Positions 26,474-34,607 of a DNA stretch of 34,757 nt are shown in pieces. Made by a program: the position numbers and the translations under genes. The DNA lies in assembly GCA_030428825.1 (NCBI GenBank), contig JAUIEL010000001.1:1-34757 (forward strand). The letters run 5' to 3'. This stretch comes from a bacterium (GTDB lineage: Bacteria; Planctomycetota; B15-G4; JADJEK01). A model generated the notes under the pieces. That model made no database searches. It was not told the origin of the DNA and saw only the letters and a program-made list of their open reading frames with translations. Positions within the stretch are counted from its first letter, which is position 1; every line of letters starts with the position of its first letter.

Positions 26474-26625
26474 TTCGACACGAATGAAAAACGCGACCGG
26501 TCGGAGGGCGGGTCCGGCCTCCGGTCCCGCCGACATCGCGGAATATTGCGGTTCAGGTCGGTTTTCGGTCGAGTTCCGCGCGCGTCCGGCCGAGGACTGG
26601 TGACGGGCCAGTCTTTCGTGTCGAA
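26474..26625 (+). promoter_or_regulatory. Candidate structured 5' leader or paired operator sites upstream of the polyamine operon
   Basis: TTCGACACGAA (26474-26484) and its exact reverse complement TTCGTGTCGAA (26615-26625) bracket about 130 nt that contain further hairpins (26500-26534; GACTGG-N7-CCAGTC at 26595-26613). This is the least GC-rich stretch I noticed in the window. Confidence 0.3.
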
Positions 26626-26648
26626 ACGAATGGGATGCCGGTCCGGAG

Positions 26649-27536
26649 GTGTTCGTGACGCAGGAAAAGGTCCGTCGGCGCGAGAGGTCCGCGCCCGTCG
26701 GGCGCAACGACGATTGCCCGTGCGGCAGCGGTCGGAAGTTCAAGCGCTGCTGCCGCGAGGGTGCGGGCCGCCCCGCGGCGTCCCCCGTCGCGCCGTCGGC
26801 GCGTCCGACGCCGACCGGCGGGCCGCCCCCCCCGGCGCCGGGGGCGGCGGACGCGATCGTCCCCCCGCTCACGCTGGTCCTGGCGTTCTGCAGCATCGTC
26901 TACGAGCTGCTGCTCGGGCAGGCGCTCTCCGCGTTCCTCGGGAACACGGTCCTCCGGTACAGCGTCACCATGGGGCTCTACCTGGTCTCGATGGGGATCG
27001 GCGCGATGCTGGCCCAGGCCCGCGTCCTCGCGCGCCCGGTCGTCTCGTTGCAGATCGTCGAGCTCGCCCTCACCGTCCTCGGCGCGGGGGCGGTGCTGCT
27101 CCTCTGCGTCGCCGACGCGGCCGGCGTCCCGGGGCCGCTGTTCTGGCTCCTCGCGCACGGTCTCATCGTGTCGATCGGCGTCCTCTCCGGGCTCGAGATC
27201 CCGCTGCTGATCGAGCTCCGTTCCCGCCACGACCCCCACGCCGCGAGCGGCGTCCTCGGCGTCGACTACGTCGGCGCGTTCCTGGGGACGGTCACGTTCG
27301 CGTTCTTCTTCTATCCCCGCCTCGGCCTGATCCCGACGACGTTCGTCGTGGCCGCGCTGAACGCCGCCGTCGGCCTCTCCCTGGGGGCGTTCCGCCGCCG
27401 GGTCGAGCCGTCCGTCCGGCCCCGGCACCGCCGGCTGCTGGGGGTCCAGGCGGCGCTCCTGCTCGTCCTCGTCGGCTGCATCGTCGCGGCTCCCTCCATC
27501 AACGAGTTCAGCCTTGACCTGTACCTGGATCGCTGA
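26649..27536 (+). CDS. Membrane protein: N-terminal SEC-C zinc-binding motif fused to a spermidine-synthase-type N-terminal transmembrane domain, with no catalytic domain
   Basis: The SEC-C motif CPCGSGRKFKRCC lies at nt 26715-26753. It is followed by a Pro/Ala linker and about 6-7 TM helices (LVLAFCSIVYELLLGQALSAFLGNTVLRYSVTMGLYLVSMGIGAML ...). These helices align with the N-terminal membrane domain of the 27909..29858 product. The start is GTG 26649 or GTG 26655, with GGAGG at 26645-26649. Confidence 0.75.
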   Translation: MFVTQEKVRRRERSAPVGRNDDCPCGSGRKFKRCCREGAGRPAASPVAPSARPTPTGGPPPPAPGAADAIVPPLTLVLAFCSIVYELLLGQALSAFLGNTVLRYSVTMGLYLVSMGIGAMLAQARVLARPVVSLQIVELALTVLGAGAVLLLCVADAAGVPGPLFWLLAHGLIVSIGVLSGLEIPLLIELRSRHDPHAASGVLGVDYVGAFLGTVTFAFFFYPRLGLIPTTFVVAALNAAVGLSLGAFRRRVEPSVRPRHRRLLGVQAALLLVLVGCIVAAPSINEFSLDLYLDR

Positions 27537-27912
27537 GTCCCCTCCCGCCGCCCCGGCGCCGACCGACGTCGTCGGGCGCCACCTGTTCGCCGAGCTCCTG
27601 CGGTGCGCGCCGGCCCGGATCGCGCGCGTCGACACCGTCGTGGCGGCGCTGAAGGCCGGCGTGGCCGCCTCCGGCGCGACCCCGCTGGAGGTGACGTCGC
27701 ACCAGTTCGAGCCGTACGGCGTGACGGCGGCGATGTTGATCGCCGAGTCGCACGTCGCGGTGCACACCTGGCCGGAGCGGCGCTACGTCGCCGTCGACTT
27801 CTTCACCTGCTCGGCCGACATGGACGCCGACCGGGGCCTGCGCGTGATGGCCGAACGGTTGGGCGCGGAGAAGGGCGTGCTCCGGGTCGTCGAACGCGGA
27901 GTCTCGGGATGA
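27514..27912 (+). CDS. speH: S-adenosylmethionine decarboxylase proenzyme, small pyruvoyl-dependent prokaryotic type (SpeH/SpeD)
   Basis: GRHLFAELLRC..GATPLEVTSHQFEPYGVTAAMLIAESHVAVHTWPERRYVAVDFFTCS, with the self-cleavage E|S site in AESH and the HTWPE motif. The only in-frame start I can find is TTG 27514, which overlaps the upstream gene by 23 nt, so the start is uncertain. Confidence 0.85.
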   Translation: MTCTWIAESPPAAPAPTDVVGRHLFAELLRCAPARIARVDTVVAALKAGVAASGATPLEVTSHQFEPYGVTAAMLIAESHVAVHTWPERRYVAVDFFTCSADMDADRGLRVMAERLGAEKGVLRVVERGVSG

Positions 27913-29858
27913 GCGCGTCTCCGCCGAACCGCTCGCACCTCGCGGACGCCGTCCTCCCGCGTCGGGAGTCCGACGCGGCCCGGCCCCGCGCGCCGACCGC
28001 GGTGTTCGTGCTCGCGGTGACCCTGTCGGCCTGCAGCATCCTGTACGAGCTCCTGATCGCGCAGACGATGGCGATGCTCGCCGCGAACACCGTCGTCTGG
28101 TACTCGATGGTGATCGGCGCCTTCCTCGGGGCGATGGGGCTCGGGGCCTGGTGGAGCCGGCGGCTCGGTCGGCGCGGGCCGTGGCCGACGCTGGTGCGGA
28201 TCGAGCTCGCGCTGACGGCCCTCGGCGCGGCGGTCGTGCCGCTCGTGCACCTCGGCCACCTCGGCTACGCGCGCTGCACGCTCACGGGGCAGGCCGGCCT
28301 CGCGATCGCCTCGTTCTACGGAGGAGCGGCGCTGCTGGTGATCGCGATCGGCGTCCTCACGGGCGCCGAGCTCCCGCTCCTGATGCGGATCGCCCGGGAG
28401 GACCGCGCCGACCGGGGGGTCGAGAACGTCGTCCTCGGTCTCGACTACTTCGGCTCGCTGGTCGGGGCGGTCCTGTTCCCGCTGGTCCTCCTCCCCGCGC
28501 TGCCGCTCTCGGCGATCGGCTTCGGCGTCGCGCTCGTGAACCTCGTCTCCGCGGCGGTCGTCTCGACCTTCGTCGTCGCGGGGCGCCGCGCGCGGTGGCT
28601 GTCGCGGCTCGTGATCGCCGGCCTCGCGGTGACCCTCGTCGCCGGGTTCCTGCACCTCGGTCGGATCGAGCAGTACCTGCTGAAGCGATACTACTACTAC
28701 GACCAGCTCGCGGGCGGGTTCGGGGTGCTCGCGCCGCGGGACGACCTGCCCGACGTCCTCCGTTCCAGCTCGCCGTACCAGAAGATCGACCTCGTGCGAC
28801 GCGTCGAGACCGACTTCTCGGTCGGGCTGATGCCGGCGTACAGCGACAAGCTCGCGCGTCACCCCGGCTTCCCGGTCGACCAGGTCCTGTTCCTGAACGG
28901 CGACTACCAGACGGACACCCGCTACGAGGAGGTGTACCACGAGTGGTTCGCGCACGTCCCGATCGTGGCGAACGGCCGGCCGCCGAGGGACGTCCTCCTC
29001 CTCGGCGGCGGCGACGGCTTCCTGCTCCGCGAGCTGGTGAAGTACGACGCGATCGAGTCGATCACGCACGTCGACATCGACCCGACGCTGATCGAGCTGG
29101 CGAAGACGAACGACGTCCTCCACCGCGCGAACCGCGACGCGTTCCGCGACCCGCGGCTCGACTCCCTCGTCACCGACGGCTACCGGTTCGTCCGGGAGTC
29201 GGAGCGGACCTTCGACGCGATCTACATCGACTTCCCGGTCGCGGCGGACTACGACCTCGCGAAGCTGTACAGCCGCGAGTTCTTCCACTTCGTGCGGCGA
29301 CGGATCGCGCCCGGCGGCTTCGCGGTCTTCGACTCGACCGGGACCAGCCACCTCACCACGCCGAACGAGGACGGCGAGCGCTGGATCTCGCCCGCGAACG
29401 ACTGGTCGATCTACTACCACACCCTCCGCCGGGCCGGGTTCCCGACCATCGTGCCGTACCTCACGACGCTCGAGCTCGACAACCAGGAGGCGCGGGAGGC
29501 GGTCCTGTCGCAGATCGAGATCGAAGGGGAGGTGGCGGCGCTCGAGGCGATCGACGACCCGGCGGAGCGCGAGGCCGAGCGGCGGCGGATGCTCTCGGAC
29601 GTCGTCGACCGGCTGATCTACTCGCACGTCATCTCGCTCGAGCAGGGGTTCGTGCTGCTCGCCCCGGAGGAGCGGGAGTTCTCGACCGAATGGACCGATC
29701 TCGGCGTCGATCTCCACCTGCTCGACGCGGAGCGGTTCGCCCTCGCCTTCGACGTCGAGTTCCCGAAGCCGTCCGCCGTCGACCCCGCGCAGGTGAACTC
29801 GATCATGCGCCCGACCTTCCCGACGCTGCCGTGGTGGCGGCCGCGCCTGCCGTTCTGA
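27909..29858 (+). CDS. Membrane-anchored spermidine-synthase-like polyamine aminopropyltransferase with a ~150-aa C-terminal extension
   Basis: The ATG overlaps the speH stop (ATGA at 27909-27912). The N-terminal multi-TM domain reads LSACSILYELLIAQTMAMLAANTVVWYSMVIGAFLGAMGLGAWW... The aminopropyltransferase core reads SSPYQKIDLV, LFLNGDYQTDTRYEEVYHEWFAHVP, VLLLGGGDGFLLRELVKYDAIESITHVDIDPTLIELAK, DAIYIDFP and LYSREFFHFVRRRIAPGGFAV. Confidence 0.82.
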   Translation: MSASPPNRSHLADAVLPRRESDAARPRAPTAVFVLAVTLSACSILYELLIAQTMAMLAANTVVWYSMVIGAFLGAMGLGAWWSRRLGRRGPWPTLVRIELALTALGAAVVPLVHLGHLGYARCTLTGQAGLAIASFYGGAALLVIAIGVLTGAELPLLMRIAREDRADRGVENVVLGLDYFGSLVGAVLFPLVLLPALPLSAIGFGVALVNLVSAAVVSTFVVAGRRARWLSRLVIAGLAVTLVAGFLHLGRIEQYLLKRYYYYDQLAGGFGVLAPRDDLPDVLRSSSPYQKIDLVRRVETDFSVGLMPAYSDKLARHPGFPVDQVLFLNGDYQTDTRYEEVYHEWFAHVPIVANGRPPRDVLLLGGGDGFLLRELVKYDAIESITHVDIDPTLIELAKTNDVLHRANRDAFRDPRLDSLVTDGYRFVRESERTFDAIYIDFPVAADYDLAKLYSREFFHFVRRRIAPGGFAVFDSTGTSHLTTPNEDGERWISPANDWSIYYHTLRRAGFPTIVPYLTTLELDNQEAREAVLSQIEIEGEVAALEAIDDPAEREAERRRMLSDVVDRLIYSHVISLEQGFVLLAPEEREFSTEWTDLGVDLHLLDAERFALAFDVEFPKPSAVDPAQVNSIMRPTFPTLPWWRPRLPF

Positions 29859-30009
29859 GCGGGCGCCGCGGACCGCCGAACCCGCGACGACGGACGCTGG
29901 GGCGGCCGCTCCCCGGCGAGAACCTCCCCCCGGGCCCGAGACTTCCCGTATCCTCGCCGCCGAGGGAACTCGCCGCCGCCGGGCCCTCGGGGGCCGTCCA
30001 GGAGAAGGA

Positions 30010-31722
30010 GTGTCCGTGAGGTACCATCCGCCGCGCGCCGCCGCCGTGTTCGCCGTCGTGTTCGCCGTCTCGACCGTCCCCGCCTTCGGTCAGGTCTCGC
30101 TCCACTCGATCGTCGACGAGGGGGCGGCCGACCTCACCGGGAGCGAGGTCGCGGGCCTCGGCGACGTCGACGGCGACGGGCGCGCCGACTTCGCGATCGG
30201 CTCGGGCGGGGTCTCCCACGCCGGGCGGATCGAGGTGCGTTCCGGCGTCGACGCGTCGCTCCTCCACTTCTTCCTCGGTCCCGCGTCGGGAGACGTCATG
30301 AGCCGGGTCGCGGGACCCGGCGACGTCGACGGCGACGGCGTCCCGGACGTGCTCGCCGGCGCTCCCTCGAACGACCACCACGGGGACGCCGCGGGGAGCG
30401 CGCGGGTCCACTCCGGGGCGACCGGCGCGCTCGTCGTCGTCCTGTACGGCGACGCGGCCGGCGACTCGTTCGGCAGCGCCGTCGCGGGGGTGGGGGACGT
30501 CGATCAGGACGGCTTCCGCGACTTCGCGGTCGCGGCCTCCGGCGACGACGACGGCGGCGACCAGGCGGGGAGCGTCCGCGTGTTCTCCGGACAGACGGGG
30601 GCCGCCCTGTTCACTCTCCACGGCTCGTCCGCGTTCGCCTCGTTCGGTTGCTCGATCGACGGCGCCGGGGACGTCGACGGCGACGGCGTCGACGACCTCG
30701 TGATCGGCGAGTGCCACGGGAACGCCGGCGGCGGCAACTCCGGCCGCGTCGCGATCCACTCCGGCGCCGGCGGCGCGCTCTTGCGCTCGTTCGCGGGCGC
30801 TCCGGCCGACCAGCTGGGCCAGTCGGTCGCCGGCGCGGGGGACGTCGATCAGGACGGGCACGCCGACGTGATCGCGGGCGCGATCCTCGCCGACGTGAAC
30901 GGTCCGACGTCCGGCGCGGTGAACGTCTTCTCCGGGAAGGACGGATCGACCCTCTTCCTGCTGCCGGGCGCGGGACCGGACGACCGCCTCGGCTGGCGGG
31001 TGACCGGCGGATTCGACTTCGACGGGGACGGCCGGCTCGACGTCGGCGCCTCCTCGCCGTACGCGGACGCCGGCGGCGGCGAGGTCGGCATGGCGCGCGT
31101 CTGGTCGGGGGTCGACGGATCGATCCTCCAGTCGGTCCTCGGGGAATCGTCGCTCGCCGACTTCGGCGCCGCGCTCGCGTTCACCGGCGACCTCGACGGC
31201 GACGGGCGGAGCGACATGGTGGTCGGCGAGCCGCGGTTCCAGACCGCCACCTTCGACCGCGGGAGGGTGCGCGTCTTCGTCGGTCTCCCCGCGTCGTGCC
31301 CGAACCTCCCCGGGAGCCTCGATTTCAGCCACGACGGCGTCCCCGACGCCTGCCAGGTCTGCCAGCCGGACCTGACCGGCGAGGGGCCGGGCAACATGAA
31401 GCTGAAGGTCTGCGGCGACGCCCTGACCACGGCGGGGAGCGTCGCGCGGCTCGCGGTGTCGAACGGCACCCCCGGCGTCCCGGTCTTCCTGCTCGCCGCG
31501 CTGACGAACCAGCCGACGGAGCTCCTCGGCGGGACGGTCCTTCCGTGGCCGGACCCGGCGGTCGTGGCGGCGACGCTCGACGGGAGCGGTCGGTTCCTGA
31601 TCGACGTCGCCGGCGGCGCCGGCGTCCCGGTCAAGGTGTACGTCCAGGCGGTCGCGCCGTGGCCGGGCGGGCCGTTCGAGGCCGAGCTCTCGGGCGCGAC
31701 CGCGGTCACGATCGGAACCTGA
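30010..31722 (+). CDS. Secreted 7-blade FG-GAP beta-propeller protein with the shared C-terminal domain
   Basis: The start is GTG 30010 or GTG 30016, after GGAGAAGGAG. Signal peptide ..AAAVFAVVFAVSTVPAFGQ. Blades: GDVDGDGRADFAIG, GDVDGDGVPDVLAGAP, GDVDQDGFRDFAVAASGDD, GDVDGDGVDDLVIGE, GDVDQDGHADVIAGA, FDFDGDGRLDVGASSP, GDLDGDGRSDMVVGEP. The last ~114 aa (nt 31378-31719) end in ..YVQAVAPWPGGPFEAELSGATAVTIGT. Confidence 0.85.
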   Translation: MSVRYHPPRAAAVFAVVFAVSTVPAFGQVSLHSIVDEGAADLTGSEVAGLGDVDGDGRADFAIGSGGVSHAGRIEVRSGVDASLLHFFLGPASGDVMSRVAGPGDVDGDGVPDVLAGAPSNDHHGDAAGSARVHSGATGALVVVLYGDAAGDSFGSAVAGVGDVDQDGFRDFAVAASGDDDGGDQAGSVRVFSGQTGAALFTLHGSSAFASFGCSIDGAGDVDGDGVDDLVIGECHGNAGGGNSGRVAIHSGAGGALLRSFAGAPADQLGQSVAGAGDVDQDGHADVIAGAILADVNGPTSGAVNVFSGKDGSTLFLLPGAGPDDRLGWRVTGGFDFDGDGRLDVGASSPYADAGGGEVGMARVWSGVDGSILQSVLGESSLADFGAALAFTGDLDGDGRSDMVVGEPRFQTATFDRGRVRVFVGLPASCPNLPGSLDFSHDGVPDACQVCQPDLTGEGPGNMKLKVCGDALTTAGSVARLAVSNGTPGVPVFLLAALTNQPTELLGGTVLPWPDPAVVAATLDGSGRFLIDVAGGAGVPVKVYVQAVAPWPGGPFEAELSGATAVTIGT

Positions 31723-31742
31723 AGCGAACGGAGGACCACGAG

Positions 31743-32774
31743 ATGCGCGCTCGATTCGCCGTCCTCGCCGTCGCCCTGCTGTCGCCCCTCCCGTCGGCCG
31801 TCGCCGCCCCCCCGCGCGTCGTGGTCCCGAACGTCCACGAGACATTGGAGGGGGCGCTCGACAACGCCTACCCGTACCGGTTCACCGCCGGCGCCGGGCG
31901 CTACCAGCAGGCGTTCGCCGCGTCCCAGTTCCCCGGACCGATCGTGATCGGCGAGATCGCCTATCGGTACCTGCACGACGAGCCGAACGGGAAGGCGCCG
32001 GCGGATTTCAAGATGACGCTGTCGTACAGCGCGTCGCCGTGGGACGCGCTCTCGCCGACGTTCGGCGCCAACGTCGGCCCCGGCGCGACCGTGGTGTTCG
32101 ACGGCGTCTGGACGATCAAGAAGTTCTCGGGGGATCCGCTCACGCCGAACCGGTTCGCGCAGCGCCTCGTCCTCACCAAGACGTTCCTCTACGACCCGTC
32201 GCTCGGCGACCTCCTGATGGACGTCGAGATGCGGTCGTCGGCCTTCCCGCTCGGCGTCGGGACGGGCGCGTTCGAGGCGACCGGCACCGCGCCGGGCGTC
32301 GGTCGCGTGTTCGCGAACGACGGGAACCCGACCAGCCCCGTCGGGGTGTTCGTGAAGACGGGCCTCGTCACCGAGTTCACGGCCTCCGGCGTCCTGGAGG
32401 TCGGGAGCGGGTGCCCCGGGAGTCAGCCGTCGGCGCCGGAGCTCGGATGGTTCGGGGCCCCGCTCCCCGGCGCGCAGGTCTCGCTCCTCCTCTCGAACGG
32501 GCTCGGCGGCGCCGCCTCGGTCACGCTCGTCGGCGCGGGGGCGGCGTCGGTCCCGATCGGGGACGGCTGCGACCTGCTCGTCTCGCCGCCGGTCCTGCCG
32601 CTCCTCGTCCCGCTCGGCGGCAGTGGGCCGGGCGCCGGCACGTACTCCCTGCCGGCGGTGATCCCGCCGACCGCGCCGTCCGGCACGATCCGGATGCAGG
32701 CGTTCGTCGCCGACCCCGGCGGTCCGATCGGGCTCTCCGCCACCCAGGGGCTGGCGATCACGATCGGCCCCTGA
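31743..32774 (+). CDS. Secreted protein: unnamed ~200-aa N-terminal domain (RYQQxFxASxFPG signature) + shared C-terminal domain; tandem paralog 1
   Basis: GGAGG lies 8 nt upstream of ATG 31743, and the gene starts 20 nt after the preceding stop. Signal peptide MRARFAVLAVALLSPLPSAVAAP. The N-domain reads VVVPNVHETLEG..YPYRFTAGAGRYQQAFAASQFPGPIVIGEIAYRY..PADFKMTLSYSA..GATVVFDGVWTI..YDPSLGDLLMDVEMR. The C-terminal domain is at nt 32403-32771. Confidence 0.8.
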   Translation: MRARFAVLAVALLSPLPSAVAAPPRVVVPNVHETLEGALDNAYPYRFTAGAGRYQQAFAASQFPGPIVIGEIAYRYLHDEPNGKAPADFKMTLSYSASPWDALSPTFGANVGPGATVVFDGVWTIKKFSGDPLTPNRFAQRLVLTKTFLYDPSLGDLLMDVEMRSSAFPLGVGTGAFEATGTAPGVGRVFANDGNPTSPVGVFVKTGLVTEFTASGVLEVGSGCPGSQPSAPELGWFGAPLPGAQVSLLLSNGLGGAASVTLVGAGAASVPIGDGCDLLVSPPVLPLLVPLGGSGPGAGTYSLPAVIPPTAPSGTIRMQAFVADPGGPIGLSATQGLAITIGP

Positions 32775-32801
32775 CCCCCCGGGCGACCGCGTCGGGGTAC
32801 G

Positions 32802-33836
32802 ATGGCCGGCATGTCGAACCACCGAACCGTCGCCCTCCTCGTCGCCCTCGCCTTCCCGTCCGCCCCGGCCCTCGCCGGCGTCGTCGTGCCGAACCAGTAC
32901 GCCGCCGCCGAAGGGATCGGCAACAACAGCTTCCCGTACCGGTACGTCTCCGGCGCGGGGCACTACCAGCAGAGCTTCTCCGCGAGCGAGTTCCCGGGCG
33001 CCATGGTGATCACCGAGATCGCGTACCGGTACTTCGACGACAACGCCGCCGCCGCCGCGCCCGCCGACTTCAAGATGACGCTGTCGTACTGCGCGACCGG
33101 CTGGAACACGTTGAGCGCGACGTTCGCGAACAACGTCGGCGCCGGCGCGACCGTCGTCTTCGACGGCGTCTGGACCATCCCCGCGTTCGCGGGGGACCCG
33201 GGGGCGCCGAACCCGTTCGACCAGCGGCTGAAGCTGACCACGCCGTTCACGTACGACCCGGCGCTCGGCGACCTGCTGATGGACATCGAGATGCGGGCCT
33301 CGACCTACCCGGGCGGCGGCCTCGCGGGGGCGTTCGCGTCGTCGGCGTCGGGGATCGGGATCAACCGCGTCTACCGGGACGATGGCAACCCGACCTCCAC
33401 CAGCGGCACGGTGTCGGCGTACGGGCTGATCACCGAGTTCGTCGCCGGCGACATCGAGCCTTACGGCGACGGCTGCCCGGGCGCGGGGCAGCTCGTGCCG
33501 CAGCTCTCGTGGACCGGGGCGCCGATCCTCGGGGGGCAGGTCGCGCTCTCGCTGGCGAACGGCCTCGGCGGCGCGCCGTCGGTCACGCTGATCGGCGCGA
33601 CCGCCGCGTCGACGCCGATCGGCGGGACGTGCTCCCTCCTGGTCGCGCCGCCGTTCCTTCAGCTCTTCATCCCGCTCTCGGGGAGCGGCCCCGGCGGCGG
33701 CGCGTACACGCTCCCGGGCCTCGTCCCGCTCTCCTCGCCGCTCGGGACGATCCGCCTGCAGGCGTTCGTCGCCGACCCGACCACCCCGGTCGGCGTCTCC
33801 GCCTCGAACGGACTGGCGGTCACGATCTCGGCGTGA
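32802..33836 (+). CDS. Secreted protein: same N-terminal domain + shared C-terminal domain; tandem paralog 2
   Basis: Signal peptide ..HRTVALLVALAFPSAPALAG. It is co-linear with the preceding gene over its full length (VVVPNQYAAAEG..FPYRYVSGAGHYQQSFSASEFPGAMVITEIAYRY..PADFKMTLSYCA..GATVVFDGVWTI..YDPALGDLLMDIEMR). An identical 21-nt stretch, ttcaagatgacgctgtcgtac, occurs in both genes. The C-terminal domain is at nt 33462-33833. Confidence 0.8.
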   Translation: MAGMSNHRTVALLVALAFPSAPALAGVVVPNQYAAAEGIGNNSFPYRYVSGAGHYQQSFSASEFPGAMVITEIAYRYFDDNAAAAAPADFKMTLSYCATGWNTLSATFANNVGAGATVVFDGVWTIPAFAGDPGAPNPFDQRLKLTTPFTYDPALGDLLMDIEMRASTYPGGGLAGAFASSASGIGINRVYRDDGNPTSTSGTVSAYGLITEFVAGDIEPYGDGCPGAGQLVPQLSWTGAPILGGQVALSLANGLGGAPSVTLIGATAASTPIGGTCSLLVAPPFLQLFIPLSGSGPGGGAYTLPGLVPLSSPLGTIRLQAFVADPTTPVGVSASNGLAVTISA

Positions 33837-33899
33837 TCCGGGGAGACTCGTCCGTCGCCGCGAGGACGACGTCCGGCCGGCGGCGCGAGCGGTCGAGGC

Positions 33900-34607
33900 T
33901 CACGCGGTCGGCCGGGCGACCAGCGCGGGGCGGGCGGCGTCGATCGCTCGCTCCGTGACCGCGACGAACTCGGGCCACGCCTCCGCCTCGTGTCGTCCGG
34001 GGCGCTGCTCGAGCCCGAACTCGAACGTCAGACAGGTCGGCTCACGTCGGTCGAGCCGCGACCACCGGAGGAAGCGCGAGTCGCCGCCCGCCTCGCGGGG
34101 CGCGTCGGACTCCAGCCGCCGCCCCTCGCCGCACCGGACGACGGTCTTCGCGGTGATCGAGTACGGGAACTCGAGGGCGAACGGCGAGCGCCGCCGCGCG
34201 ACCGGCCGGGGGAGGAGGTACTGGCGTTCCCAGGAGGCCGGGAGGCGCCCCACGAGCCGGCCGTCGGCCGAGGACCAGGCGTCCGCGATCCGGTACGCGA
34301 GCGAGATCTCCACCGGGTCGTCGACCGCCTCGAGCGCGCGGGCGTCGAGGCGCACGAGCTCGATGCCGCCGACGTGCGGGGAGATGGTGGCGCTCATCCC
34401 CGCGCGCCGGCCGTCCTCGTCGTTCCGCCGGAACCAGTTCCGCATCCAGCTCGCGGCGTGTCCGGTGAGCCGGACCTCCTCCTCGACCTCGATCGAGCCG
34501 TCGTCGCCGACCGCGACCTCCCGCTCGATCGAGAGCGCGTTCTCGCCGCCGGCGAGCGTCGGGACGCGGAGGAGCCCCGGGCCGTCGACGCCGACGACGA
34601 GCGCCAT
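33900..34607 (-). CDS. Hypothetical protein, possibly a 5'-truncated remnant (it resembles the C-terminal region of transglutaminase-associated DUF3858-type proteins; weak)
   Basis: A 235-aa ORF with coding-like composition. The frame stays open and coding-like for 44 codons upstream of the ATG (..YCINWCPDLGGGRFVDGVDKGLGPRIPVPEGLAGR-M) with no alternative start codon, until stops at 34740-34742 and 34746-34748. The family assignment comes from pattern memory only. Confidence 0.45.
   Translation of the reverse strand: MALVVGVDGPGLLRVPTLAGGENALSIEREVAVGDDGSIEVEEEVRLTGHAASWMRNWFRRNDEDGRRAGMSATISPHVGGIELVRLDARALEAVDDPVEISLAYRIADAWSSADGRLVGRLPASWERQYLLPRPVARRRSPFALEFPYSITAKTVVRCGEGRRLESDAPREAGGDSRFLRWSRLDRREPTCLTFEFGLEQRPGRHEAEAWPEFVAVTERAIDAARPALVARPTA

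Noticed and set aside
26484-26606. A 40-codon ORF (MKNATGRRAGPASGPADIAEYCGSGRFSVEFRARPAEDW) inside the rtcA-polyamine intergenic leader, bracketed by the two TTCG-N3-CGAA palindromes. Its YCGSGRF string faintly echoes the SEC-C motif of the next gene.
   Set aside because: It has no RBS, its codon usage is atypical for this genome (several A/T-ending codons) and it is very short. It is more likely non-coding leader sequence. I kept it only as context for the leader finding.
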